64,000 nt of DNA from Candidatus Bathyarchaeia archaeon (GTDB lineage Archaea > Thermoproteota > Bathyarchaeia > 40CM-2-53-6): the NCBI GenBank assembly GCA_049513715.1, contig JBEKVV010000001.1, positions 704,001-768,000 on the forward strand. The letters run 5' to 3'. The notes under the pieces are model-generated. The model had not been told where the DNA came from, did not search any database, and saw nothing but the letters and a program-made list of their open reading frames with translations. A program made the translations under genes and the position numbers. Positions 17,645 to 30,472 of this stretch are shown in pieces; position 1 is the first letter of the stretch; each line of letters opens with the position of its first letter.

Positions 17645-17920
17645 TTAGTAGAAGTGTCTTTCGTCTCTAGCGCGCACTTTCGTGAGCCCAAAGTGAACTG
17701 CACAAGAAACGCAATAGAACTTAACGACTCTTTCTCGAGCGATATAGGTGCCGTGTGCGCGCAGTTCTCGAGCTAGTGAAGGTTCCACCAGGCTCGTCCA
17801 TCTTGTTTCGCGCTTCGCCTTGTCTCTTGGAACAGGCCTACCACAGTGTGAACATTGAATCATTACTGCGCTGCCCTTGCCGCCTTTGCTGCGGCCTCGC
17901 GATTTCCTTTTCTTAGTCAA
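17645..17920 (-). CDS. rps26e: 30S ribosomal protein eS26
   Basis: MTKKRKSRGRSKG, CSHCGRPVPRDKAK, YCVSCAVH. Confidence 0.97.
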   Translation of the reverse strand: MTKKRKSRGRSKGGKGSAVMIQCSHCGRPVPRDKAKRETRWTSLVEPSLARELRAHGTYIARERVVKFYCVSCAVHFGLTKVRARDERHFY

Positions 17921-17995
17921 GCATAGTCCACGCGTTAGAACACTTGTTGCTGCGCTTAAATGTTGTTGTGCCTCTACAACAGTATCTGGCCTTTG

Positions 17996-19450
17996 CTAGT
18001 AGGATTTTGCGAAGTACACGACCCTTGCCGCCGGTTTGCTGCAATGAATGCAACCTGCGAACGTCTTCTCATCGCCAAATGGGATTGTGCGTATTGTCGC
18101 GCTCGTTTCATCTTTGATGGTTGCTTCGCATTCAGGGCTGCCGCACCAGCAGGCACGCGCGAATCCACCGGTTGAAGCGATTTTTCCCTTGAATTCCTCG
18201 TAGCTTGCGGGCTGGCTGATTGATGAGTCTAACAGCGATTTTGCTTTCTTGAACAGATCTTGTTGGATTGTGTCCAAACATCGTTGCACTTCGGCAACAG
18301 CGGTCTCTTGTGGTACGTTAGTTTTCTGTGAGTTGTCTCTCCTTACCAAGACCACTTGCTTTTTCTCAAGGTCTCTTGGGCCGATCTCCATCCTCAGTGG
18401 AACGCCCTTTAACTCCCACTCGTTGAACTTCCATCCAGGCGTGTACTGTTCCCGGGTATCTACTTGGACAGCCAACCCCGCCTTAGTTAGTTCCTGGCCT
18501 AGAGACCGGGCCTTGTCGAAAATCGCCTCAGTGTCACGCCCTTTGAAGTAGATCGGAACAATGACCACCTGTATCGGTGCAATCAGAGGTGGGACCACTA
18601 AGCCTCTATCGTCACCATGAAGCATGATCATTGCACTGATCAGGCGCCAGGAGACACCCCAGGATGTCGTCCAAGCGTAGTGAGTTTGCTCGTCTTTCCC
18701 AAGGTATTTGATTTCGAAGGGTTTGGAGAAGTTCTGGCCTAGGTTGTGTGATGTTCCCATCTGGATGGCTTTACCATCGGGCATCATTGCCTCCAGTGTT
18801 GTGGTGTAAAGAGCCCCCACGAACTTCTCCTTGTCACTCTTGTAGCCTGTCAATACGGGGACTGCTAATCGGTCCTCTATCAGTTGTCGATAGAATTCCA
18901 GTATCATCATAACTTCTTTGTCCGCGTCCTCCTTTGTGGCATGGACAGTGTGCCCCTCCTGCCAAAGAAACTCGGACGTGCGGAGGAAAGGCCGGGTCGC
19001 TTTGATCTCAGCGCGTAGGACCGAGTTCCAGACGTTGATGAGCAGCGGCAGGTCGCGCCAGCTTCGAACCCACTTAGCGTAGGCGTCGTAAATGATTGTT
19101 TCCGAGGTCGGGCGGATGGCCAATCGCTCCGACAGTTGATTCTCCCCAGCATGAGTGACCCAGAATACTTCGGGCGTGAATCCCTTGAAGTGTTCAGCTT
19201 CCCTCTTCAGGAAACTCTCAGGAATAAGTAAGGGGAAATATGCATTTGAATGGCCTGACTCTTTCAATAGCTTATCGAAGTACTCTCTGATTCTCTCCCA
19301 CAATGCGTACCCATAGGGGCGGAGAACCATGAATCCCTTTATTGCCGCGTAGTCCGCGAGCTCCGCTTTCATGACTACTTGCGTGTACCACTCAGATAGG
19401 TCTTGAGCCTTCTTTACAGTGATACCGATTTCCTTACTCAACTGATTCAC
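17996..19450 (-). CDS. proS: proline--tRNA ligase (archaeal/eukaryotic type)
   Basis: IRPTSET, FLRTSEFLWQEGH, GTSHNLGQNF, C-terminal AKSY. Confidence 0.97.
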   Translation of the reverse strand: MNQLSKEIGITVKKAQDLSEWYTQVVMKAELADYAAIKGFMVLRPYGYALWERIREYFDKLLKESGHSNAYFPLLIPESFLKREAEHFKGFTPEVFWVTHAGENQLSERLAIRPTSETIIYDAYAKWVRSWRDLPLLINVWNSVLRAEIKATRPFLRTSEFLWQEGHTVHATKEDADKEVMMILEFYRQLIEDRLAVPVLTGYKSDKEKFVGALYTTTLEAMMPDGKAIQMGTSHNLGQNFSKPFEIKYLGKDEQTHYAWTTSWGVSWRLISAMIMLHGDDRGLVVPPLIAPIQVVIVPIYFKGRDTEAIFDKARSLGQELTKAGLAVQVDTREQYTPGWKFNEWELKGVPLRMEIGPRDLEKKQVVLVRRDNSQKTNVPQETAVAEVQRCLDTIQQDLFKKAKSLLDSSISQPASYEEFKGKIASTGGFARACWCGSPECEATIKDETSATIRTIPFGDEKTFAGCIHCSKPAARVVYFAKSY

Positions 19451-19574
19451 ACTTCCGAGAATTCGTCAGGATTAACTGTGTTCGATAATTGCGCTTAGGC
19501 TCGTGGAACTGGAACACCGGTAGCTTCCATCTGCATTGCCTCAGGTGAGTTGACAGCATCTGGCCCGAATGTAT

Positions 19575-20069
19575 TTAGTGTTTGCTGCTTTTGCCGACAT
19601 GTCCTGAGAGCTGTTCCAAAGGGGCCGTCATTACCAGGCAGTTCGCAGAGCGAACGACTCTTTCACTAACGCTACGATTGAAAAATCTTTTCCAGCCGCT
19701 ATGAATCCGACGTTTCATCAGGAACACAACCATGTAACTGTCATTTTCAGTTTCAGCGACGATACCCTCCGCCACGCTCCTGGCCACCGCGACTTTTGAC
19801 CGTACGCTCATTCCTTGACGGGTCAGCCATTCCGAGAGAGCGCCAAGCCTATTCTCCGCGTCCTTGATTTCGTTCAGATAGGGTTCCGGGTCTAGAGTAG
19901 CGGTTCGGCTAGGAACCTCGATGACGTGAAGCAAGACGATAGGGGGGCTCTTGAAGGCGGAAAGCAAGTGCAGAGCTTTGGTGATGAGTTCTTTGCTCAC
20001 CTGGTTGCCTACGGGTATTAGGATCTTCGACGAACCTGCTGAGTTGGGTTTTCCGCGTTTCGTGGTTAT
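19575..20069 (-). CDS. universal stress protein; probable ATA start
   Basis: USP beta1 KILIPV lies upstream of the first canonical start (GTG 20000); LLHVIE, SVSERVVRSANCLV. Confidence 0.8.
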   Translation of the reverse strand: MTTKRGKPNSAGSSKILIPVGNQVSKELITKALHLLSAFKSPPIVLLHVIEVPSRTATLDPEPYLNEIKDAENRLGALSEWLTRQGMSVRSKVAVARSVAEGIVAETENDSYMVVFLMKRRIHSGWKRFFNRSVSERVVRSANCLVMTAPLEQLSGHVGKSSKH

Positions 20070-20335
20070 TCAGCGACCGATTTTCCATCTTTTTTCAGAG
20101 TGTGGATGATTACCATCGAGTTTGTTCCTCTGATTCCTTCGATTCGTTGAATCTTGTGTGTGAGCCGCCTGAACTCAACGATTGAATCGGTTTGGAGTAG
20201 GGCGACCAAATCGTACTCTCCCGTAACCTCGGAGAGGTCTACTACCTCGGGAAGCTTTTCGAGAGCGGCTGTTACTTTCTCCAATTGTTGCGCTTGAACG
20301 ACTACGTTGAGGATTACCATAACTCCGCGTGGCAC
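20066..20335 (-). CDS. stand-alone Lrp/AsnC ligand-binding (RAM) domain protein
   Basis: LPEVVDLSEVTGEYDLVA. Confidence 0.88.
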   Translation of the reverse strand: MPRGVMVILNVVVQAQQLEKVTAALEKLPEVVDLSEVTGEYDLVALLQTDSIVEFRRLTHKIQRIEGIRGTNSMVIIHTLKKDGKSVAE

Positions 20336-22261
20336 TTACTTTGACCTTCTAGCTATCATTACTTTCCCTGGATATTTAGATAGTATTGCCAACGCAGAAT
20401 CCTCTGCGCTCTTCTCGATGTGGCGTCTCATTGTCTTGCGTTTCAGCAGTAGTATCACGTCGTTCTTTTCGGCGCCCGCTTCTTCGTCAAGGGTTTTCAT
20501 GAACGGCCCTATTTCGACTCTCGGCGTAACTTGGTACCCCTCCGATCTGAGCTGCCCTGCTATTGATTGCAGGTCGTCGAGTGTCTCAGTTTGGTATTGC
20601 TTGATCTGTGAGTAATCTGACAATGTATCAGTACTCAAGGCGAGGTCCAGGGGGTCAAGGATGTTGAGTAGAGTTATGTGAAAACGCTTGTCTAGGGCTC
20701 CCCTGATTGAGGCCAGTACCTCTTCCTCGTCCTCTGGAATTCGAACTAGCACCACCGCATTCATGATATACCCGCCGGGGAGAATTCGCTTCCCTGTCTG
20801 GGTTGTCCAGATAGGCATGTGTTTCATTTTGCGGAGCGCGACAAATCCAACTACGCCTATTATGATCCATGCTGTGCCTAGGAGTCTACCGCCCTCGTGG
20901 AAAGTGAGAATCAAGCTCCAAAGGCCAGCGCACGAAATTGCCCCGACGACACTGATCAGGGGAACCGTGACTTTTTGCTTGCCGATTCTCAGATTGATCG
21001 CTCCGGGGACTTTCCATGCGCGGTAGGCGCTGGCCTCTTTGTTGCGGAGGACGATTAGACAAACGTTTACGATGATGTATGAGAGGAGCGCGCCGTAGTT
21101 GTAGAGGTCTGCAACGAAGGTGAGTTCGCCTATGAATGCGAGGGCCATCCCAATTCCCCCGAATACCAGGATTGTTCTGACAGGTGTCTTGAACCTGCGG
21201 TGGACTTTGTAGAACCATCTTGGGAGGAGGTCGAACCTTCCCATGGAGAAAACAATGCGTGACACTCCGATGACGCCTGTGTTCGTAGAAACATAGCAGA
21301 TGGCGAAGCCTGTTAGGGCGACAATAGGGGCCAGGTAAGTCCCTATTACAGGAATGTGCCCCGCTATCGCACTGATTGGGTCGTTTCGTGCGTTTGCGAG
21401 GTCGGCCCACCCCATCATTCCCATGCTGAGTGCGGAGAGCCCAATTGCAAAGATGACCACGGAGATGATGGATAATTTGTTGGCTCGTGGAATCCATTTG
21501 TCTGGGCGGCGGGTTTCCTCTGCAGCTTGCGCGATCGATTCGATTCCGATGAAAGAGGTCATCGCGAGCGTAATGCCATAAACGAAATTCTGGTCCTGCA
21601 CCCCTAAACTCGGTAGTGCATATGCAATGTTAGGGTGGAGTATGGGAGAGCCGAATGTGGTCACTTGACCGAGGAAACGGGCAAGGCTGAATGCGAGAAC
21701 GAACCCAGAGACTAGGATAATGGCTTCGACGAACAAATCGAATGAAACTAGGATTTCATTGAACATTGAAGACTCTCTGATTCCTATGATGTTCACTGCA
21801 AGCAGCAGCAGGACAAGAGCGCCGGCGATGATGCCCAAGTATGGGATAGCCAACTTGAGGCCTAACAAGTCAACGAGAACCTGTCCCCCGATGATTCTAG
21901 GAAAGAAGAAACTAAGGTATCCTGCGGACGCGAGCGAGAATAAGGCAATGTCCACCGTATAGTCCAGCATCACCGCCCAACCTGCGATAAATCCCACCAA
22001 ATCGTTGAACGCTTTCATCGCGTAGATGTGTGCGCCGCCTGCGTAAGGGTAGATTGTGGCGAGTTCAGAGTACGCGAGCCCTGTCGTAATGTAAGTAATG
22101 GAGGCGATAAGGAAGGCTAATGGCGATGCTCCGGCGGCAAAAACAGCCACGAGGCCAATTGCAACGTAAATGTCGGCGCCGACATCTGCGTAGCCCATGG
22201 CAAAGGAGCCATACCAGCCGACTTCCCGCCGCAAGGATTGTTCTTCTGTTTTTCTTGCCAA
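20336..22261 (-). CDS. APC family amino acid permease with C-terminal USP-like domain
   Basis: GYADVGADIY, YSELATIYPYAGG, FIGIESIAQAAEE; soluble C-terminal tail. Confidence 0.9.
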   Translation of the reverse strand: MARKTEEQSLRREVGWYGSFAMGYADVGADIYVAIGLVAVFAAGASPLAFLIASITYITTGLAYSELATIYPYAGGAHIYAMKAFNDLVGFIAGWAVMLDYTVDIALFSLASAGYLSFFFPRIIGGQVLVDLLGLKLAIPYLGIIAGALVLLLLAVNIIGIRESSMFNEILVSFDLFVEAIILVSGFVLAFSLARFLGQVTTFGSPILHPNIAYALPSLGVQDQNFVYGITLAMTSFIGIESIAQAAEETRRPDKWIPRANKLSIISVVIFAIGLSALSMGMMGWADLANARNDPISAIAGHIPVIGTYLAPIVALTGFAICYVSTNTGVIGVSRIVFSMGRFDLLPRWFYKVHRRFKTPVRTILVFGGIGMALAFIGELTFVADLYNYGALLSYIIVNVCLIVLRNKEASAYRAWKVPGAINLRIGKQKVTVPLISVVGAISCAGLWSLILTFHEGGRLLGTAWIIIGVVGFVALRKMKHMPIWTTQTGKRILPGGYIMNAVVLVRIPEDEEEVLASIRGALDKRFHITLLNILDPLDLALSTDTLSDYSQIKQYQTETLDDLQSIAGQLRSEGYQVTPRVEIGPFMKTLDEEAGAEKNDVILLLKRKTMRRHIEKSAEDSALAILSKYPGKVMIARRSK

Positions 22262-22394
22262 ATTCTCAGGGCCGCCCTAGTGTTGTCCAAGTACAGCTCG
22301 CGCTATCGTGTTTGGGTACCCTCACATAGAGGTTGCTGCGGTTCAGGCTAAGGCCTTTATTTCTGCTCCGTAGACTCCGCAGCTCGGATCATAC

Positions 22395-23819
22395 TTGTCT
22401 GGGCTTCACGGGTTTAGGGCTGAGAAAGATTCGTTGGGGATAATGCGGGTTCCCGAGGATTCGTATTATGGGCCCGAAACGGCGAGGGCCGTCGAAAACT
22501 TTCCAATAAGCGGGATATTGCCACTTCCCGACTTCATCCGTGCTACGGTGTTGGTCAAGAAGGCCGCTGCGAAAGCGAATGCTAGCCTCGGGCTGTTGGA
22601 CAAGAGAGTTGGAGATGCCATTATGTCGGCGGCGGACGAGATTTTGCAGGGGAAGCTGATGGATCAGTTTGTTGTAGATGTTTACCAGGCGGGAGCCGGT
22701 ACATCACACAACATGAACGCCAATGAAGTCATAGCCAACAGGGCAGCGGAGATACTTGGGGGGCGAAAAGGTGACTACAAACTCGTCAGCCCGCATGACC
22801 ACGTCAATATGGCGCAATCAACTAACGACACCTATCCAACATTCATCCGCGTTTCATGCGCGTTGCTCTGTAAACCGTTGATTGAAGTTCTCAAGGGGCT
22901 TTGCAAAGCATTCGAAGATAAGGCGAAGGAATTCGACCACATTGTGAAGTCTGGTCGAACGCACCTACAAGACGCAGCCCCAATTCGTCTGGGCCAAGAA
23001 TTCGCCGCCTATGCCAATATCGTAGCGGACGACACTACAACTGTTCAGAATGCGTTGGACAAGATTCTAGAATTGAACATTGGCGGCACAGCCGTGGGAA
23101 CAGGCCTCAACGCGGACCCTCGGTATGTGGCGCTTGCAGTGAAGTACCTGAGTGAATTCACTGGCTTTGAATTTAGAGTCGCACGCAATTTTGCATCACT
23201 GATGCAGTCTATGGCAGATTTCGTCGAACTGTCAGGCGCTTTGCGAACAGTCAGCGTCGACCTGACGAAAATCTCGAACGATGTCCGGTTGATGAGCTCC
23301 GGCCCGATAACGGGAATCGGGGAGATAATCTTGCCAGCAGTCCAACCAGGCTCCTCAATAATGCCTGGAAAAGTCAACCCTTCAATCGCGGAAATGCTGA
23401 ACATGGTGTGCTTCGAGGTCATAGGCAATGATCTGACCGTCTCCATGGCTGCTCAGGCTGGGCAGTTTGAATTGGACGTTATGATGCCTGTGATCGCATA
23501 CGACTTGACACAGTCATTGATGATTTTGACAAACGGAATCAAAACATTCACAGAACGCCTCGTTAAAGGAATCAAAGCGAACGAGGAGAGGTGCACTTAC
23601 CTACTGGAAAAGAGTGCGGGGATCGCCTTAGCCCTGAACCCATTCATTGGCTATGAGAAGGCCGCGGAGGTGGCAAAAGAAGCCCTCGCGCGAAACGTGC
23701 CATTGCGCCAAGTTGTCCTTGAGAAGGGGTTACTCACAGAGAAACAATTGAAGGAGATCCTTGACCCTTACGCCATGACGACACCAGGCGTTCATGGTAA
23801 GGCAGACAAAAAGGGATAG
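22395..23819 (+). CDS. class II fumarate hydratase / aspartate ammonia-lyase
   Basis: GAGTSHNMNANEV, QSTND, GRTHLQDA, GSSIMPGKVNP. Confidence 0.93.
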   Translation: MSGLHGFRAEKDSLGIMRVPEDSYYGPETARAVENFPISGILPLPDFIRATVLVKKAAAKANASLGLLDKRVGDAIMSAADEILQGKLMDQFVVDVYQAGAGTSHNMNANEVIANRAAEILGGRKGDYKLVSPHDHVNMAQSTNDTYPTFIRVSCALLCKPLIEVLKGLCKAFEDKAKEFDHIVKSGRTHLQDAAPIRLGQEFAAYANIVADDTTTVQNALDKILELNIGGTAVGTGLNADPRYVALAVKYLSEFTGFEFRVARNFASLMQSMADFVELSGALRTVSVDLTKISNDVRLMSSGPITGIGEIILPAVQPGSSIMPGKVNPSIAEMLNMVCFEVIGNDLTVSMAAQAGQFELDVMMPVIAYDLTQSLMILTNGIKTFTERLVKGIKANEERCTYLLEKSAGIALALNPFIGYEKAAEVAKEALARNVPLRQVVLEKGLLTEKQLKEILDPYAMTTPGVHGKADKKG

Positions 23820-23949
23820 TAGCAGGGGCTCTGGGTTTTCTGTGCCCAGTTTAGGAATGTTGGTTGTTTATCGTAGAGGCAGCATGTGGTTGAGGCTAAC
23901 TCCCGTGAAAAAGCGGATGTCAGCCTGCACTCCGACGCAAATTAGATGG

Positions 23950-26725
<2,776 letters not shown>

Positions 26726-26859
26726 TTCTCATACCCTCTTGCAGTTTGCCACTATTCTGTCGGCTATTAGGTTTGCGAGGCCTAAAACTTCACCTCGTTG
26801 CGTTCCAAGGGAGAGTGTCGTTTGGGTCGAGTGCGACATACAATGGATGATTTGGAGGG

Positions 26860-27273
26860 TCATTCTCCGACTATTTGCAGGTCAACTTCTCTCCGCGATC
26901 GTGGTCCGTCCAATTCGACTAGGAAAATGTTCTGCCATGTTCCGCGCACAAGCTGTCCCCTAGCGATTGGGAATGTTCGTGAGTGCCCGATGAAGGCGGA
27001 GGCGAGATGTGCATCAGCATTGTCGTCAATTGCATTATGTGCATATGCGCCGGATTGCGGAAAGAGGTCGCCGAGCTTGCTAAGAATATCCCTTACCAGT
27101 CCATTTTCGTTTTCATTGGCGATTATTGCGGCGGTTGCATGCGGGGCACTTACAAGGCATATGCCACTAGCAACGCCTGCCCGCTCAACGAAATCTATGA
27201 CCGTGTCGGTGATATCGATTAGTTGCCTTCTTTCTGAGGTTTTGATCGCTAGTGCCTTACTTACGACGACCGT
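26860..27273 (-). CDS. yjbQ: YjbQ/UPF0047 family protein (absent from ORF track); probable ACG start
   Basis: Manual translation (M)VVVSKALAIKTSERRQLIDIT...PHATAAIIANENE...YAHNAIDDNADAHL...GTWQNIFLVELDGPRSRREV; 137 aa. Confidence 0.88.
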   Translation of the reverse strand, partial: TVVVSKALAIKTSERRQLIDITDTVIDFVERAGVASGICLVSAPHATAAIIANENENGLVRDILSKLGDLFPQSGAYAHNAIDDNADAHLASAFIGHSRTFPIARGQLVRGTWQNIFLVELDGPRSRREVDLQIVGE

Positions 27274-27351
27274 GGTGCCGCACCTACGGCTTACACTAGT
27301 GCCACAACGAGGAGAAAAAGAGATTGAAAGAGGGGGGAAGTCGTGCCAGGT

Positions 27352-27957
27352 TTACATTCTGGCTTCGTGGGCTGGTATGGGTGGTAGCTCGGGGAAGCGT
27401 TCCTTCATCTTCTGCTCTGCAACTATGTTTGCCTCTGAGAGTATCTTTTGTGATTCTTCACTGGAGGAGTCCACTGCGAACCCTGTTTCGGTGGTTTCTC
27501 CCACTTCAACTGCCAGCCCCTCTAATGTCTCGTTGACTTCGGACAGTTCTAGCGACACCTCTGGCATGACGCCCTCGAGTTGCGATTTCAGAGTCTTTAC
27601 TACGTTCGCTACCGGAAGCATTGTGTTGGCTATGTCGCCGAACTCGCGAATCGTGTCCAGCCTTAGGGTCACTTGTTCGAGTGCTAATTCGCTGTGGAGG
27701 ACGACTTTGGCCATTTTCCTGAGTTCAGCGCATTCGTTGGCGTACATGGATGCTAGTTGCGTGTTTTTTCCCTGCACTGCGAGGACGCACTTCCCATATA
27801 GCGCTTGGTCGCGTTGTTGCATATGGTAAGATGTGCGTTCCAGTTTGCGCTCTTGAACTTTCAGTTTGAAGAGGCATTCGTTGACTCGCTGTCTGATTGG
27901 CGTGGGGTGTACTGCTTCTTTGATTCGGCTTGTCCAAGGCTTTCTTTCTTTAAACAT
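27352..27957 (-). CDS. ESCRT-III/Snf7 (CdvB paralog)
   Basis: ASMYANECAELRKMAK, LRLDTIREFGD, ERFPELP. Confidence 0.9.
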   Translation of the reverse strand: MFKERKPWTSRIKEAVHPTPIRQRVNECLFKLKVQERKLERTSYHMQQRDQALYGKCVLAVQGKNTQLASMYANECAELRKMAKVVLHSELALEQVTLRLDTIREFGDIANTMLPVANVVKTLKSQLEGVMPEVSLELSEVNETLEGLAVEVGETTETGFAVDSSSEESQKILSEANIVAEQKMKERFPELPPIPAHEARM

Positions 27958-27971
27958 TCATTCTATCCCCC

Positions 27972-28481
27972 CTATGCAAGCATTACATCCTTCCGGTCCT
28001 GGCTGTGTGTGTTTTCGTGTTCACTGGCGAGAATTTTCAAGAAGTTGCCAAGACGGCCTTCCTCTAGGGTGCGGATTATGGAGCCAGTGTACTCGATTCT
28101 GATGTTTAGCGATCGGAGTTTCGTCATCAGTTTTTCGATCTCTGATTTGTTCTTTCCCACGAGGAAGACTAGGCTTTCGGGTTCGCCGAGTGAGCTTACG
28201 ACCTTAACCGTCTGAGGGATGGCAGCGATCTTCTCGATTATGTCATCCCTTTCAACGTCGCGCGGGAAGCTTGCGCCGACCAGTATTTGCTCAGCGACCC
28301 CCAGCTTCTCTAAGTCGATGTCTGCAGTGTATTCCTTGATTATGCCTGCTTTCTCGAGTTTGTTCACCCGGTAGGCGACTACGTTGGGGTGAAGGCTCAG
28401 TTTTCTGCCAATTTCAGCGAAGGAATATTTGGCATTCTCTACAAGTTCCGCCAGGATTTTGAAATCTGTTGAATCAATCAT
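27972..28481 (-). CDS. Lrp/AsnC family transcriptional regulator
   Basis: IDSTDFKILAEL..SFAEIGRKLSLHPNVVAYRVNKLEKAGII. Confidence 0.9.
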   Translation of the reverse strand: MIDSTDFKILAELVENAKYSFAEIGRKLSLHPNVVAYRVNKLEKAGIIKEYTADIDLEKLGVAEQILVGASFPRDVERDDIIEKIAAIPQTVKVVSSLGEPESLVFLVGKNKSEIEKLMTKLRSLNIRIEYTGSIIRTLEEGRLGNFLKILASEHENTHSQDRKDVMLA

Positions 28482-28493
28482 CTTGACTTCATC

Positions 28494-29642
28494 TCAAAGT
28501 GCCTTGTAAGTTTCAAACCAACGGTCGTAGGAGATTAGCATCTGTTGTGACACGCTAGGCCTACGATTTTGGAGAATCTCATCAAAATCCTCCATTGTTA
28601 TGGCCCGAGCTTGTCCCTGACCTTTCGAGGAACTCCTCTCGAAAACTTCACGAACAACTCGACTCTGGGCATCCCGGAATATCTCCCGGAAGTCACTGCC
28701 CGAGTATCCCTCGGTTTTTTGGGCTAGTATTCCCGCGTCTACGTCTGGGGCTAGCTTGAGGTCCTTCGCGTAAATCTTGAACAGCTCGCGCCGTGCCTCA
28801 TGTGCGGGGAGTGGGACGTAGATCCGTTTCTGAAAACGTCTTATGAATGGCCCGTCAAGAGCCCATGGCTTGTTGGTCGCCCCGATCACGTAAACGTGGC
28901 TCGGGCGATTCTTGTCGAGCACGCTATCCATTTCGCCGAGGAATTGGTTCCTTGTCCTGACCTCTCCGCCTACCTCATCAGCTCTGATGCCGACAAGAGA
29001 GTCGATTTCATCGATGAAAATAATGCCCGGATGTCCCCCTTCTGCTTCTCGGCGCGCGTTGCCGAATAGTTCCGCCACATTCTTCTCGGATTCGCCCAAC
29101 CATTTCGACATTATGGAGGCAGCATCGACACTGTAGAAAGCTGCATCAATCTCGGTGGCTATGGCGGCCGCCAGAAGGGTTTTGCCACATCCAGGTGGAC
29201 CGAAGAAGAGAATTCCTCTAGGCCATCCGAGGGGGAACAAGTCTGGTCGCTTTACGGGAAAAACAATTGCTTCTTCAATTGCTTTCTTTGCATCATGCAA
29301 ATTGGCGATTTCGTTCCATTTGATGTTGGGCTTTTCTGTTAGGATTAGCTGTTCGAGTTTAAGTGGGGCTTTCGAGTTTGTGGTTTGACTGCCCTCAAGG
29401 TGGCCGTTCTGCTCTTTGAGCTCCCTTATCCTGCGTCTGCAGCTTTCAACTTGTTCAAGGAAGAATCGGTTTTGGGGGGCCTCAGGGTAGAGAGCGCAGA
29501 GTTTGAGAAGTATCTCAATGGTCCGTTCGTAGCGGTTGACGGCATTGGTCTTGGTTCCCTGTTTGTCGAACTTGATGGCCTCATTGAGGAACTTTACTGC
29601 CATCTGCTCGAGTTCTTGGGAAGCCGAGATTTGCAATGCCAT
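28494..29642 (-). CDS. cdvC: Vps4-like AAA+ ATPase CdvC
   Basis: N-terminal MIT domain, GPPGCGKT, SKWLGESEK, IFIDEID, RRFQKRIYVPLP. Confidence 0.95.
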   Translation of the reverse strand: MALQISASQELEQMAVKFLNEAIKFDKQGTKTNAVNRYERTIEILLKLCALYPEAPQNRFFLEQVESCRRRIRELKEQNGHLEGSQTTNSKAPLKLEQLILTEKPNIKWNEIANLHDAKKAIEEAIVFPVKRPDLFPLGWPRGILFFGPPGCGKTLLAAAIATEIDAAFYSVDAASIMSKWLGESEKNVAELFGNARREAEGGHPGIIFIDEIDSLVGIRADEVGGEVRTRNQFLGEMDSVLDKNRPSHVYVIGATNKPWALDGPFIRRFQKRIYVPLPAHEARRELFKIYAKDLKLAPDVDAGILAQKTEGYSGSDFREIFRDAQSRVVREVFERSSSKGQGQARAITMEDFDEILQNRRPSVSQQMLISYDRWFETYKAL

Positions 29643-29664
29643 TCATCTTCAGCTTCTTTGATGC

Positions 29665-30456
29665 CTATTCAATTACGATTTTTCCAGTGTCCCGAAGTTT
29701 CTGGAGAGCAACTTTCACGTCTTCTGGTGACCTTCCGAGATCGCCGGCGCATGTTTGGATGCTCAGCTCGCCATCATGTTTCTTCGCATAATCGATGATG
29801 CGTTCTTCAATGTCACCATCAAACCCAGCAGCGTTCGATGCCGGCTCCAAGGTTGGTCGGGAATAGTCGAAATTGGGCTCAATTGTCGGAAGCTCGGGGA
29901 AGTGGTCGCGCAGTCTCTCTTCAGCAATTTGACTGGTCTCTGCCAAAACCTTCTTCGCCTCGTCGTCGCTAGCCTCAATGGGTAGATCTGTTGCCGTTAT
30001 CTCCCCTGTTTCATTACTGAGGTCGCCTAGCATTTCGTTGATGCCCCCTAATTCGTTGGCAACTTGTGGGACGATTCCTGCAATCTTTGACTTCGTTTCC
30101 TTAACGATCCCCATAACCGGCGCCATTTGCGCCATGATTGTGCCAAACTCCTCGACAGTCTCGAGTCTGAGAATTACCTTCTCCAAGGCAAGCTGGCTGC
30201 CTAGAACGACCTTGGCGATTTTCCTGATCTCTGCGCATTCATTTGCGTAGATTTTCGCATGCGCCGCGTCATTTGATAATTGTGCACCCACGCACCTTTG
30301 GAAGAGGTCAGTGTCTCTTTGGCGTAGGCGTGAATACATGTGTTCGAGTTTTTCTTGTTGTGCACGAAGCCTGAATGATGCCTGCTCCACGCGCTCCTTC
30401 AGACCAATTGGGTGCAGTTTGTCCTCGAATTTCTTGATTATTGAGAACGTAATCAC
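29665..30456 (-). CDS. cdvB: ESCRT-III CdvB with C-terminal wHTH
   Basis: AKIYANECAEIRK; C-terminal ERIIDYAKKHDGEL..LQKLRDTGKI; lies between cdvA and cdvC. Confidence 0.92.
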   Translation of the reverse strand: MITFSIIKKFEDKLHPIGLKERVEQASFRLRAQQEKLEHMYSRLRQRDTDLFQRCVGAQLSNDAAHAKIYANECAEIRKIAKVVLGSQLALEKVILRLETVEEFGTIMAQMAPVMGIVKETKSKIAGIVPQVANELGGINEMLGDLSNETGEITATDLPIEASDDEAKKVLAETSQIAEERLRDHFPELPTIEPNFDYSRPTLEPASNAAGFDGDIEERIIDYAKKHDGELSIQTCAGDLGRSPEDVKVALQKLRDTGKIVIE

Positions 30457-30472
30457 GCTCTGTCTTGCGAAG

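Noticed and set aside
27265..27310. BHB intron supplying a start codon for yjbQ
   Set aside because: The best central helix (GUGU/GCAC) lacks both flanking helices
26798..27829. 343-aa plus-strand ORF in the track
   Set aside because: Antisense shadow of yjbQ and a cdvB paralog; no recognisable motifs
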